Shown here piece by piece: positions 1-12,900 of a DNA stretch of 64,000 nt; the first letter of the stretch is position 1; each line of letters starts with the position of its first letter. Under the pieces are notes generated by a model. The model ran no database searches and had not been told where the DNA came from. It saw only the letters and a program-made list of their open reading frames with translations. Made by a program: the position numbers and the translations under genes. Source of the DNA: Mobula hypostoma. Lineage: Eukaryota. The stretch is taken from positions 186,001-250,000 of the forward strand of contig NC_086108.1 in NCBI RefSeq assembly GCF_963921235.1, given 5' to 3'.

Positions 1-3000
1 AGATTACTTCACCAAGCACAGATGATGTGGTCTTTTCAAGCACTGATTCACAAGCCACAGCGATTCACTCTGGAGAGAGTCATCATACTCCAGGTCAGAC
101 GAGAGATAACCCAGGTCACGTTTCAGGTCACAGTACCCAGGTAGATCCTTCTCATGATGGCGGTGGTGAGGAGGTAGAGAAGAAGAGGAAGGTCAAGTGG
201 CCAGCAATGGCAGATGAGAAGGCTTGGCATGTAATTGATGAGGATATCAGTATGATGTTGGAGAACATTCTCAGGGGAACATCAAAGAGAAAGTTGGAAG
301 TGATGGGCGATATGATTTACGATGTTGGAAAGTACAGGTATGGTTTGGTTGAGTTGAAGAAAACAAAGCCTACACAGCAACCAAGCAGGTGCCAGAAGGA
401 GATCAGTAGGTTGAGGAGAGAGCTTAGATCGTTGAGACAGAGGTGGAAGGTAGTAAGTGAGGGTGACAAGCCAGGGATTGCTGATCTCTGAGAGCATTTT
501 CAAATAAAGTTAGCATCATTCCGTCGTGCAGAGTCACAACGTAAAAAGAGAAAGAAGAGAGAGAAGGCAGGAAAATCGTTCTTTGGCAACCTTCACAAGT
601 TCACAAAGAAACTGTTTGAACAAAGTAAGAGCGGGCAGCTTAACATCTCTCAACAAGAGCTTGAGGATCACCTAGCAAGCACTTACTCTAACGAACAGCT
701 GGAGGCTCCTTTGCTTGACATTTCAGGGCTTGTGAATCCTACCAAGCCAGGAGTGAAGTTCGATCTGTCAGAACCCAAATTGACAGAAGTTGAACAGTTC
801 ATCAGAAAGACATGGTCAGGCTGAGTGCCAGGACCTAATGGAGTGCTGTATAAGGTGTTCAAGAAGTGTGAACAGCTGAGGAAATACTTGTGGAGATTGT
901 TAAAGGTGGTGTGGAGACAAGGTGTTGTTCCTTTGTCATGGAGTGAGGCTGAAGGAGTATACATCCCAAAGGAAGATAATTCTTCTATATTGAATCAGTT
1001 CTGACCAATTTCACTCCTGAATGTAGAGGGGAAGATTATGTTTGGCATTCTGGCAGAAAGAATATCTTCATTTGTGATAGAGAATGGATTAGTAAATACA
1101 TGTGTGCAGAAGGCAGGAATACCAGGCTTCCCGGGATGCCTTGAACACTCCAGTGTGATATGACATACCATCCAGGAGTCAAAAAGGTTGAGAAGAATTC
1201 TGGCTGTAGTTTGGCTTGATCTGGCAAATGCGTATGGTTCTGTTCCCCATGTCCTGATTGAGTTTATGATGGAATTCCTATGGATTCCTGCTAAGGTGAG
1301 GAACTTTGTTATGCAGTACTACAACGATTTCCGGATGAGGTTTTCCAATCAGCAGTTTACAACCAGGTGGCAGATCTTGGATGTTGGAATCCCGATGGGA
1401 TGTGCAATTTCACCCATCCTTTTTGTGTTAGCCATGGAGGTTATTGTGAGGGCTGCAGAATCAGTGGGACCAGGTGTCGCACTTGATGGCAGAGGGGAGT
1501 TATCACCAATACCATGGACGATCTCACCCTTTTGGGTCCCAGCACAGAGGCAGTGGAAAATGTACCATCTAGACTCGAGGAGCTAATGGATTGGGGAAGA
1601 ATGAAGTTCAAGACCAAGAAGTCAAGGAGCTTTGTTCTTAGGAGAGGAAAGCTGGTTCACTTTCATTTCACCCTTTGTGGAGAGGAGACTCCATCCATTC
1701 AGGACCAACCAGTTAAGAGCCTCGGGCGATGTTACACAGAGGAGCTGAGAGACACCAAGTGGGTTCAAGAGACAGGAGAACAGATCAGTAGAGGTCTGAT
1801 GTCTGTTGACAAGTGTGGCTTGCCTGGGAAGATGAAGTTATGGTGCTTGCAGCACGGACTGATGCCACGGATAATGTGGCCACTAACTGTCTATGAAGTG
1901 GCAATGTCCCACGTTGAGGCAATGGAACGGAAGATCAACAAGTATGTGAAGAAGTGGCTTGGAGTACCGAGCAGCCTCACCAATTTTGCAATCCACAGTA
2001 GCCAGACAAAGCTTACCATCCCAGTGCAATCCCTTGTTGAAGAGGTCAAGGTAGCCAAGGTAAGATCATTCTTGATGTTTCGAGACTCAAAAGACCCTGT
2101 CATCAAGAACACTCAGCCAGATGTGAGATCAGGGAGGAAGTGGTCAGCCCGTGTAGCAGTTGATGAGGCAGAGTCTAGATTGAAGCACAAGGAGACGGTT
2201 GGGGCTACCCAGCTAGCCCGCCAGGGACTTGGGTGGACAACCCACAAGTGGTGGTCATCTTCTACAGGTACGGAGCACCGTGAGCTTGTAACACAAGAAA
2301 TACGAGAGGGAGAAGAGGAGAAGAGGTTAACTAAAACAGCTGGCCTGACCAAACAAGGGGCTTGGACCTGGTGGGAAAGTGTTGAACAACGACATCTATC
2401 TTGGAATGTTCTGTGGCAGATGGAACCGCTCCGCATTTCTTTTCCATGCAGAGCAGCGTACGATCTGCTCCCAACACCTGCCAACCTCAGCACCTGGTAT
2501 GAAGGTAAGACAGACAGGTGTGCTGCTTGTGGCGAGAAGGGAACACTTCAACATATCTTGAGTGCATGCAGAGTCAATCTTTCCAGCGGCATGTACACTT
2601 GGAGACATAACAACGTTCTCAAAGTTGTAACAGAAGCGGTTGAGCAGAGAGTACTGCAGCACAACTTATCTCATGCCCCATGCTGCACAGAACATCGCAT
2701 ATCATTTGTGAAAGAAGGCTCCAAGTCAAGGGTGTACAGCATAGGCTCACGATCAAGCATACTTTCTTCAGCCAATGATTGGTGTGTCAAGGCCGACCTG
2801 GACGGGAAAGGCAGTTTCCCAGAGCAAATAGCTTTCACCACATTGCGTCCAGATATAATCGTATGGTCTGACACCAGTAGAGAAGTGGTTATTGGTGAAC
2901 TCACAGTCCCCTGGGAAGACAACATCGATGAAGCCCATGAGCGCAAGTTAACCAAGTATGCAGAATTAAGATCAGAGTGCAGAGACAGAGGGTGGAAGGT

Positions 3001-3460
3001 CTCATGCTATCCATTCGAAGTAGGCCGCTGTGGGTTTATTGCGTTCACTCTCCAGAAGTGGCTGCGTGACCTTGGCTTCACTAGAAGAGAGATCAAGTCA
3101 ACCAGCAAGGCTGTAGCTGAGACAGCAGAGAAAGGAGCAGCATGGGTGTGGACCAGGTATGTCCAGAGGGGCAGATAGTCAGACAGTGTATACATATCTT
3201 GCAAACCCTTCAGTAGTTGCATAGACACCTGAAGAGCAGACTATCTGTTGGATGGAAGTGACCAACAACTCTGATAGAGGCAGATGCCAAGTTTTTAAGC
3301 TCACCAGTGGGAGGTGGTGCTTTAGCACTGCTGGCCCACCACCTCGAGGGAGTCTTGATCATAAGCGGGCCGAAACTCCTGAAGACAGGTGGCACATCAA
3401 CTGATGATCCCACTGGTGATAGCACAGGACAGTTAACATCTTAGCCCACGTGTATTTTTA
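1..3460 (+). mobile_element. Hero/R2-group non-LTR retrotransposon (RT + CCHC + restriction-like endonuclease), decayed; 5' end lies outside the window
   Basis: RT motifs PISLLNVEGK, QKAGIPGFPGCLEH, WLDLANAYGSVPH, GIPMGCAISPILF and MDDL. ORF 1514-3178 carries CAAC..HILSAC, YTWRHNNVL, RPDIIVW..ELTVPWE..AHERKLTKY and PFEVG..GF (PD-(D/E)xK RLE typical of Hero). In-frame stops (489, ~1002, ~1161) and frameshifts (~820, ~1510) in the 5' half. 3' end approximate. Confidence 0.9.
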
Positions 3461-3721
3461 ACTCTATGAGAGCAACAGTCTGCTGAAGCAATTCAGTGGG
3501 CTGTGCAGCATCTGTGAGGGGAAAGGAATTGTTGGTATTTGGGTCAAAAACCTACCTCAATGCTAAAATGTTGACAATTCCTCCCTCCCCCCGCCCCACC
3601 TCACTGCCCTCCACAGATTCTGCTCAACCTGCTAAGTTCCTCCAGCAGATGAGGTGTTGCTTCAAGTTCCAGCAACTCCAGAGTCTTGCTATGGGAGCCC
3701 TCACTATTGTTTCTCTTTCAG

Positions 3722-3845
3722 TTGCCCAGAAGGTCTCAGCAGTTAAGAAGCAGCACCTTTTTGTCACATTATGCAAGAGTCTTTGCCGAGCTCTCCAAGC
3801 CCTTTTTCTGGCTCCGTCCCAGTCTCTGCCACTCACAGCAGCCAG
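3722..3845 (+). CDS. Candidate internal exon of an unidentified plus-strand gene (LPRRSQQLRSSTFLSHYARVFAELSKPFFWLRPSLCHSQQP)
   Basis: Strong acceptor ttgtttctctttcAG and donor CAG|GTGAGA; 124 nt, open in phase 0->1; non-repetitive sequence. No homology recognised. Confidence 0.3.
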
Positions 3846-4977
3846 GTGAGAATGAGAGTGTGAGAAAGTGAGAGTGAGGTGGGCTATGTTAGCAATCAAC
3901 CACTGGTATTGTGCTCCAAACGTTTTGCAAATTGGCTGTAACCCAGTTATTGACTCACTTGCTGGTCTCTACCAGGGATGCCCAAGAAACTGTCCACGAT
4001 GTTGAGTAAGGAAAGAAATAAAGAGTTGATATTTCGAGCCGAGACCCTTCATGAGGACTGATGAAGGGTCTCTGCCTGAAAACATCGACTGTTTATTTTC
4101 CCCCATAGATATTGACAGTTCCTCCAGCATTTTGTGTGTGTTGTTCAAGATTTCCAGCATCTGCAGAATCTCTTGTGTCCACTAGGTTGTATGTGAAAGG
4201 GCCTGGAGGTCTTTACATCAAAGACATACAGACATAGGATCCAGGAGCAAGCCATTCAGCTCTTCAAACCTTCTCCAACATTCAGGAAGGTTATTGTGAC
4301 CTGATTATCACCTCATCTTTGTATTGCCACCTGCCCCGGTGACCTTTCAATCCCCTCTTGACTTTGCTTCCACTGGACCCTGAGGAAGAGCATTTTAAAG
4401 ATTACCATCCTTACAGGGAGACTTTCATCTAATCTCTATCTTAAATGAACAACCTTTGATTTTTAGACTGTGACTCCTAGTTTTGGCTTCTTCCATGAGA
4501 AAACTTCCTCTCTACAATTTCCTGTCAGAGCTCCTTGGGATCTTATATGATTCAGTTAAGTCCTTCTATGGGTATATTGACCATATCGTGACATTTGAAA
4601 TCATGAGGAACACGGACAGAGCGAATGCATGCAGTCTTTTCCCAAGGGCATAGGAGCCAAAAACTAGAGGCCGTGGGGTTAAGGTGAGAAGATAAAGACA
4701 TAACAGGGACCTGAGTAGGCAACTTCTTTAGATAAGTTGCCAGAGGAAGTGGTTGAGGCAGGACCAATAATGACATTTAAAAGACATTTGGACAGATACA
4801 TCTGCGAAGGTAGAGCCATGGACTAATTTATACTTTGGAGTCAGGCGTGTAATTAAGGTGTCACACACTTCTCAGCAAACCAAATGGCAATTATGTTTGA
4901 TATACTCCTGGGCTGAAAATCAAGCCTGTTCTGTTTGCTATGAAGGATTAATAATGGGCTTGGTAACTCTTGGCTGC

Positions 4978-5596
4978 CCGGAACGTCGTCTCTGCACCCC
5001 ACTGCCCATGGGAGGACTGCAGTGAGGAGGAGTCTGTGAACCACCTCTTCGCACACTGTCAGTTCACAGATTGGGTGTGGAGGAGGATGGACGGGCTAGT
5101 GTCACGTTTCATCCCCAGCAGCTGCGTAACAGAGGACTCTCTGATCTACGGGCTGTTCCCGGGGATGCACACGGAGAACAACATCCGGTACAGCTGGCAG
5201 ATCATCAATTTGGTGAAAGGTGCTCTTTGGTCGGCCTGAAACATGATGGTCTACCAGCACATGGAGATGTCCGTGGGAGAATGCTGCCGACCGGCACATT
5301 CTTGGCTGCAGGAGTACGTGCTGAGGGACGCACTGAAACTCGGTGCAACCACCGCAAGGGCCTGGTGGGGAAGGAGCACGGTATAGGTTTCTTCACCCAC
5401 GGGAGTGGGAGGGGTCGGGTAGCGGGGAGTATACCCCTCAACAATGCTGTGGTAAGGTGAACAACTGGAGTGCCACGTGGGTGGCCATAAGTATGGATAT
5501 GTACTGACTATAATGGAAACGTATGTAAAGGATGGGAAGTTATTGAATGGTTTATTGTATATATTTATTTTTGAATAAAATTAAAAAAGTTAAAAA
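4978..5596 (+). mobile_element. 5'-truncated L1/Tx1-type LINE 3' end
   Basis: Zinc knuckle CPWEDC..EESVNHLFAHC, AATAAA plus A-rich tail. 13-bp TSD AACTCT(T/C)GGCTGC at 4965-4977 and 5597-5609. Confidence 0.8.
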
Positions 5597-6649
5597 AACT
5601 CTCGGCTGCTCTGGATCAGTAGGATGCAGGGTATGTTCTTCAATCAATTCATCAGTGCAAGCCCTGGCAGATCAGTCCGTGTCAGTGCCTTGGGACTGAA
5701 TTGAATCAATGTTTGCATGATGTGTTTTGGGCAGTTGTGTGTCAAGCTTCTGTCATTACTTGAGAGCCTCCAAGTGAGACGACTGATGAGATTCAAGTTC
5801 AGAGTTATTTATTTATTTATTTATCACGTACATCAAAACATACAGAGAAATGAGTCATTTGCATTAAAAACCAACATAATGTAAGGATGTGCTGTGTGTT
5901 GCCACACATTCTGCTGCCAACATAGCGTGCCCACTGAATTCAGCAGAGCAACACTAGCAACAACAACTCAACAACACACACACATACCACCTCCAACCCC
6001 AGGCCCCAGGCTGCCTCTGGGTCTCCAGCCTCCAGTGGACTCGCAGGCATCAAGCCTTCAACTTTCTAGTGGACTCACAAACCCAGGGCTTTGGCCATCG
6101 ATCCTTGACTTCCGGACTTGTTGAGTTTGGTCTTCAATCTTCAGGCTTCGATCTTCACTATCGACGCTAGGATTCACCAATGACGGGACCCCATACACCA
6201 GGCCTCGAACTTCAGACTCAATGACTCACTGATCCAGGGGTCACTGGCCCTTGTGTCTCCTGGCCACACAGACCTCCGAACCCAGGACACATGGACCAAG
6301 GGAATTCAATGAGCTGGTGGGGGGTGGGGGTGTGGTCACTAGCCCTCTTCCACGCTGGACTTTGTCCATGATGCTTGCTGACCCGATATCTGTCCATGTG
6401 CATTACTGGCCTTTAACCGTGGAGCTCTCCAACCTGGACTCTGGCCTGACCTCTAACTCTCACACATCCCTATCCCTGAGCTTTAACTCCTCGCTCTGTC
6501 TCCGAAACCATCCCTATGAACCTAAAAAACAATTCAGTCTGAACTGTGATCTCAATGAACATTGCAGCTTGGTGCCTTCTTGACCAAAGCAATCGGCACT
6601 GCTTTCCCAGTGTGGACTGTGCATCCTCACTCAGATTATCCTCAATTAC

Positions 6650-6743
6650 CTGACGAAGGGTCTCGGCCTGAAACGTCGACTGCACCTCTTCCTAGAGATG
6701 CTGCCTGGCCTGCTGCGTTCACCAGCAACTTCCATGTGTGTTG
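6650..6743 (+). mobile_element. Penelope pLTR mini-insertion with an intact minimal hammerhead core
   Basis: CTGACGA-A-GGG-TCTCGG-CCT-GAAA-C-GTC-GACTG followed by the PLE tail. Flanked by the direct repeat ATCCTCAATTACC (6638-6650 and 6744-6756). Confidence 0.8.
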
Positions 6744-6904
6744 ATCCTCAATTACCCACTGGTTGGCAGATTCTGGCCGTGGGTATGTCCAGTGACATGC
6801 TGGAGTACTGTTGGATTTTGCCATACTAAGCACTGGTTTAGAGGAAGACTTGGGTTTCTGTTGTACCTGTCAGGGATCTCAAAATACTGTACAGCCAATA
6901 GCAC

Positions 6905-7270
6905 ATTCTTCAATGTTCCAAGTAAAACTTTATTATCAGAGTAGATACATGTCACCACATACAGCCCTGAGATTCTTTTTCTGCAGGCAACTGTAAACAG
7001 CATCAATAAATAACAAACTGTACAAATGCAATAAATAAGGAGAGCATGAAATAACAAGATAAACAGACCTTAAAGTGTGACCATCAGTTGTGGGAACAGC
7101 AGAAATAGAATGAGTGTAGTTATCCCCTTTTGTTCAGGAGCCTGATGGTTGAGGAGTAGTATCTGATCTTGAACCTGGTGGTGCGAGTCCTGAGGTACTT
7201 GTTCCCTCTACCTGATGGCAGCAGCGAGAAAAGAACATGGCCTGAGTGGTGAGGACCTTTGATAACAACT
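6905..7270 (-). mobile_element. Rex1/Babar LINE 3' fragment (un-amplified monomer of the 70-bp array family)
   Basis: Minus-strand HSGHVLFSLLPSGRGNKYLRTRTTRFKIRYYSSTIRLLN. CCTGATGG occurs at 7141 and 7211, 70 bp apart. Confidence 0.8.
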
Positions 7271-8185
7271 ACATATCTTGAAGCTGTAGCTGTTATGAAG
7301 TGGGAACTACAACACAGCAAGATCCCACATTCAGCAAAGTGATGGTTTGTTGTGGTGATGTTGCTTTTATTTGTTTATTTTATTCAGAGATAACAGGCCC
7401 TTCAGAGCCACGTGACCATGTACCCAACGTAAATTGGGGACTACTTTGTCGACCACCTCAGCTCCATCTGCTAAAAGTGGAATTTCCCAGTGGCCAACCA
7501 GTTTAATTGGTAAACATCAAGAGTCAGACAGCACAGGTTCAATTCTGGCACATCTGTACGTTCTCCCCGTGACAGCGTGGGTTTCCTTCGAGTGCTCATT
7601 TCATCCCCCATTCCAGTTGGTAGGTTAACTGGTCATTGTAAATCGTCCCGTGACTAGGCTAGGATCGAATCAGGGGATAGCTGGGCAGCGTGGCTCGGTG
7701 GACCTATTCTGCACTGTAATCTTAATAAATAGATGTTCAGAGGTATCAAATTGGCCCACTCCTCCTCTATAGTGTCGGCCAAGTTGTTCTGGTGAGTTGG
7801 CATTAATGTACCAGCTACCGAAGATGACTAGCAAAGAACTTTGGCAGGCACATCACAATTGACTTGAAACATTTAATTTATGGAAACTGGCCAGGCCAAG
7901 ACGACTGATGCTGCGATACTTATCCTGGCCAGCTCCACTTTGCATGAAGGCATAATCTATGACTAAACTACCACAATCTGAAAGGCCAAATATAATTCAT
8001 GCATTCCTTTTCAAAACGCACAACTGGAGCCAGATTTTGTGGATGAAGTGGGTCCATCTGGGAAGCAACATCACAATCTTTCTACCCTTGTCTACTAGCT
8101 TGCTTACTCGAAAGCAGGGAATCCACATTACACTACCAAAGACGGTTCATGAAGCAATCCCTTTCGCATCTTCGTTTTATTTCAG

Positions 8186-8286
8186 AGGCTGTCCTCTCCA
8201 ATCTGGTGACTCGATTTCCGGCTGATCGGGCACTTTGCTGTCTCCAAGGCCTTCATAAGCCCATGGTCGACTCCACCTCTCGCTGA
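8186..8286 (+). CDS. Candidate terminal exon, phase-compatible with 3722-3845 (EAVLSNLVTRFPADRALCCLQGLHKPMVDSTSR*)
   Basis: Acceptor tcttcgttttatttcAG; open in phase 1 to TGA at 8284-8286, which overlaps ATTAAA. No homology recognised. Confidence 0.2.
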
Positions 8287-8716
8287 TTAAAGCGCTGAAG
8301 AAGATTGAAGTCAAGTCAGGCGCACAGGGCAAGTGAGTATGCAGCGCCGTCTATCAGCCTCTCGCTGGCTGCTGCTGGAGAAGGCGCCAGCTTGTGGCAG
8401 CCTCTCACTGGCTGTTCCCGAGGGAAGGGCCTCGCGCTCAAGTGAATCTCCCTCTCTCCCCCGATGCTGTTGGCCGATGGTACCTGAGCATGCTTTAATC
8501 AAAGTAGATTTCGACTCATTCAGGTTTATGATGTGCTCTAGTTTCTAGTTCCAGTTTATCTCTCTATGTGATGATGCGCTTCTGCAGACACAATTGATGG
8601 ACAGTGGTGTGGCTGGGTGGCCCGACATCCACCCCAGTTTCTCTGATGAAAGATCCGATCAAGAGACACGTACACGAGAAAAGATGCAGCTTATTAGGCA
8701 GTCAATGATTCGTTAC

Positions 8717-9243
8717 GGTTGTCATGGCCAGGGGTGGTAACGGGGACAAGCTCCCACTACAGTCTAAATGCTCCTAATGGCATGCACCTCAAACAGCCTC
8801 TCACACCAAGTCCAGCTCCTGGCCTTTGCATGTGGCTTACTGACCGCAGAAAGCAGGTCACTGACACTTTAAAACTGGTCACTTCGGTCAGATAGGGCTC
8901 ATGGTTAGCAGCTCATCTAGGAGAAGGAATACTCTGATATCAAACCTCCAATGCCTTGCGCCTATACCCACTCACAGGAGTAAACCCCGAGGGAAAGATC
9001 CGGAGCCGGATTCTCCCAGGCAGTCCTACGTTGAGTTCAACGCTGACTGGCAACTCCTGCGACGCCGCTGGTACCAAACTGTATCGGTCTCTGCCGATCC
9101 TTTGAATTCATCAGATGTGTGGAGAGGGGGAGCCTGCTACACGGGCACCAGCTTGCTTTCCATATCATACTGCCCTGGCTTACGTATCACGTAGACAGCT
9201 GCACGTAGCATCCATGGTGGACCCTGACCAACGGAGGGCCTCG
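8717..9243 (+). mobile_element. RTE-related non-autonomous element (5'UTR-derived)
   Basis: CATCTAGGAGAAGGAATACTCTGATATCAAACC resembles the RTE 5'UTR motif; a related copy lies inverted at ~54010-54598. Confidence 0.55.
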
Positions 9244-9508
9244 GGTTAGGCAGTCAGTGGTACAAACATAAAGAACACCATTCACTCTTTTTCACAATCT
9301 CACAACCTTTCAAGACTCTTCACAAGCAATGACGTGCACTTTGTAAGGAGCAGCCACCATCGAAACATGAAGTCAAGTGGCATACAATTCCTTTCCATTT
9401 GCTGTTATCCAGTTCTGGGATCAGATCAGGATGCCAAAGGGGAGGCATGCTGGCATGCTGTTCTCACTTGGAGAAGTGTCACCTGGATATGTGGTACGAC
9501 ATTAAATA

Positions 9509-9972
9509 GAGTCATCGAAAAGCACAGTGCAGAAAAGGCCCTTTGGCCCCTCTCGTCCATTCTGAACAATTCAAACTGTCTACTCCCATCGGCCTGCACC
9601 AGGTCCATAACACCCCCAACCCCCATATCCCTACTATCCATGTACCTATTCAAACTTCTCTTAAATATTGAAACTAAAACTGCATGGGCCACTTGTGCTG
9701 GCAGCTCGTTCCACTCTCATGACCCTCTGTGTGAAGAAGTTTCCCCTCATGTTCCCCTTAAACTTGTCACCTTTCACCCTTAACCCATGACCTCTGGTTG
9801 TCGTCCAACCCCACCTCAGTGGAAAAAACCTGCTTGCATTTAGCTCATCCATACCCCCCCATAATATTGTACCTCCATCAAATCTCCTCTCAATCTCTGC
9901 ATTCTGAAGAATACAGTCCTAACCTATTCAACCTTTCCTTATAAGTCAGGTCCTCCAGACCAGGCAACATCC
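9509..9972 (-). mobile_element. CR1 LINE 3' fragment
   Basis: Minus strand TRGHGLRVKGDKFKGNMRGNFFTQRV, the CR1 ORF2 C-terminus. Confidence 0.85.
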
Positions 9973-9997
9973 ACGGGACACTCATCTCTCACCTGTG

Positions 9998-12900
9998 GGT
10001 ACAGGAGCCTCAGGACTCTCACCACCAGGTTCAAGAACAGTTACTACCCCTCAACCATCAGGTAGAAGGTACAGAAGCCTCAGGACCCACACCACCAGGT
10101 TCAAGAACAGTTACTACCCCTCAACCATCAGGTAGAAGGTACAGAAGCCTCAGGACCCACACCACCAGGTTCAAGAACAGTTACTATCCCTCAACCATCA
10201 GGTAGAAGGTGCAGGAGCCTCAGGACCCACACCACCAGGTTCAAGAACAGTTACTACCCCTCAACCATCAGGTAGAAGGTACAGGAGCCTCAGGACCCAC
10301 ACCAGCAGGTTCAAGAACAGTTATTACCACTCAACCATCAGGTAGAAGGTGCAGGAGCCTCTGGACCCACACCACCAAGTTCAAGAACAGTTACTACCCC
10401 TCAACCATCAGGTAGAAGGTGCAGGAGCCTCAGGACTTTCACCACCAGGTTCAAGAACAGTTACTACCCCTCAACCATCAGGTAGAAGGTACAGAAGCCT
10501 CAGGACCCACACCACCAGGTTCAAGAACAGTTACTACCCCTCAACCATCAGGTAGAAGGTACAGGAGCCTCAGGACCCACACCACCAGGTTCAAGAACAG
10601 TTATTACCCCTCAACCATCAGGTAGAAGGTGCAGGAGCCTCAAGACCACACCACCAGGTTCAAGAACAGTTACTACCCCTCAACCATCAGGTAGAAGGTA
10701 CAGGAGCCTCAGGACCACACCACCAGGTTCAAGAACAGTTATTACCCCTCAACCATCAGGTAGAAGGTGCAGGAGCCTCAGGACCACACCACCAGGTTCA
10801 AGAACAGTTACTACCCCTCAACCATCAGGTAGAAGGTGCAGGAGCCTCAGGACCCACACCACCAGGTTCAAGAACAGTTACTACCCCTCAACCATCAGGT
10901 AGAAGGTACAGGAGCCTCAGGACCACACCACCAGGTTCAAGAACAGTTACTACCCCTCAACCATCAGGTAGAAGGTACAGGAGCCTCAGGACCCACACCA
11001 CCAGGTTCAAGAACAGTTATTACCCCTCAACCATCAGGTAGAAGGTGCAGGAGCCTCAGGACCCACACCACCAGGTTCAAGAACAGTTACTACCCCTCAA
11101 CCATCAGGTAGAAGGTACAGGAGCCTCAGGACCACACCACCAGGTTCAAGAACAGTTACTACCCCTCAACAATCAGGTAGAAGGTACAGAAGCCTCAGGA
11201 CCACACCACCAGGTTCAAGAACAGTTATTACCCCTCAACCATCAGGTAGAAGGTGCAGGAGCCTCAGGACCCACACCACCAGGTTCAAGAACAGTTACTA
11301 CCCCTCAACCATCAGGTAAAAGGTGCAGGAGCCTCAGGACCCACACCACCAGGTTCAAGAACAGTTACTACCCCTCAACCATCAGGTAGAAGGTACAGAA
11401 GCCTCAGGACCCACACCACCAGGTTCAAGAACAGTTACTACCCCTCAACCATCAGGTAGAAGGTACAGGAGCCTCAGGACCCACACCAGCAGGTTCAAGA
11501 ACAGTTATTACCCCTCAACCATCAGGTAGAAGGTGCAGGAGCCTCAGGACCCACACCACCAGGTTCAAGAACAGTTATTACCCCTCAACCATCAGGTAGA
11601 AGGTGCAGGAGCCTCAGGACCCACACCACCAGGTTCAAGAACAGTTACTACCCCTCAACCATCAGGTAGAAGGTGCAGGAGCCTCAGGACCACACCACCA
11701 GGTTCAAGAACAGTTACTACCCCTCAACCATCAGGTAGAAGGTACAGGAGCCTCAGGACCCACACCACCAGGTTCAAGAACAGTTACTACCCCTCAACCA
11801 TCAGGTAGAAGGTACAGGAGCCTCAGGACCCACACCACCAGGTTCAAGAACAGTTATTACCCCTCAACCATCAGGTAGAAGGTGCAGGAGCCTCAGGACC
11901 CACACCACCAGGTTCAAGAACAGTTACTACCCCTCAACCATCAGGTAGAAGGTACAGGAGCCTCAGGACCACACCACCAGGTTCAAGAACAGTTACTACC
12001 CCTCAACCATCAGGTAGAAGGTACAGGAGCCTCAGGACCACACCACCAGGTTCAAGAACAGTTATTACCCCTCAACCATCAGGTAGAAGGTGCAGGAGCC
12101 TCAGGACCCACACCACCAGGTTCAAGAACAGTTACTACCCCTCAACCATCAGGTAGAAGGTGCAGGAGCCTCAGGACCCACACCACCAGGTTCAAGAACA
12201 GTTACTACCCCTCAACCATCAGGTAGAAGGTACAGAAGCCTCAGGACCCACACCACCAGGTTCAAGAACAGTTACTACCCCTCAACCATCAGGTAGAAGG
12301 TACAGGAGCCTCAGGACCCACACCACCAGGTTCAAGAACAGTTATTACCCCTCAACCATCAGGTAGAAGGTGCAGGAGCCTCAGGACCCACACCACCAGG
12401 TTCAAGAACAGTTACTACCCCTCAACCATCAGGTAGAAGGTACAGGAGCCTCAGGACCCACACCACCAGGTTCAAGAACAGTTACTACCCCTCAACCATC
12501 AGGTAGAAGGTACAGGAGCCTCAGGACCCACACCACCAGGTTCAAGAACAGTTACTACCCCTCAACCATCAGGTAGAAGGTACAGGAGCCTCAGGACCCA
12601 CACCACCAGGTTCAAGAACAGTTATTACCCCTCAACCATCAGGTAGAAGGTGCAGGAGCCTCAGGACCCACACCACCAGGTTCAAGAACAGTTACTACCC
12701 CTCAACCATCAGGTAAAAGGTGCAGGAGCCTCAGGACCCACACCACCAGGTTCAAGAACAGTTACTACCCCTCAACCATCAGGTAGAAGGTACAGGAGCC
12801 TCAGGACCCACACCACCAGGTTCAAGAACAGTTACTACCCCTCAACCATCAGGTAGAAGGTGCAGGAGCCTCAGGACTCTCACCACCAGGTTCAAGAACA

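Noticed and set aside
3349..3420. Hammerhead-like words in the Hero 3'UTR (GGAGTC..GAAACTCC and CTGATGA)
   Set aside because: A stem III-like pairing exists, but only 17 nt separate GUC and GAAA, and CUGAUGA lies in the wrong order for a canonical fold.
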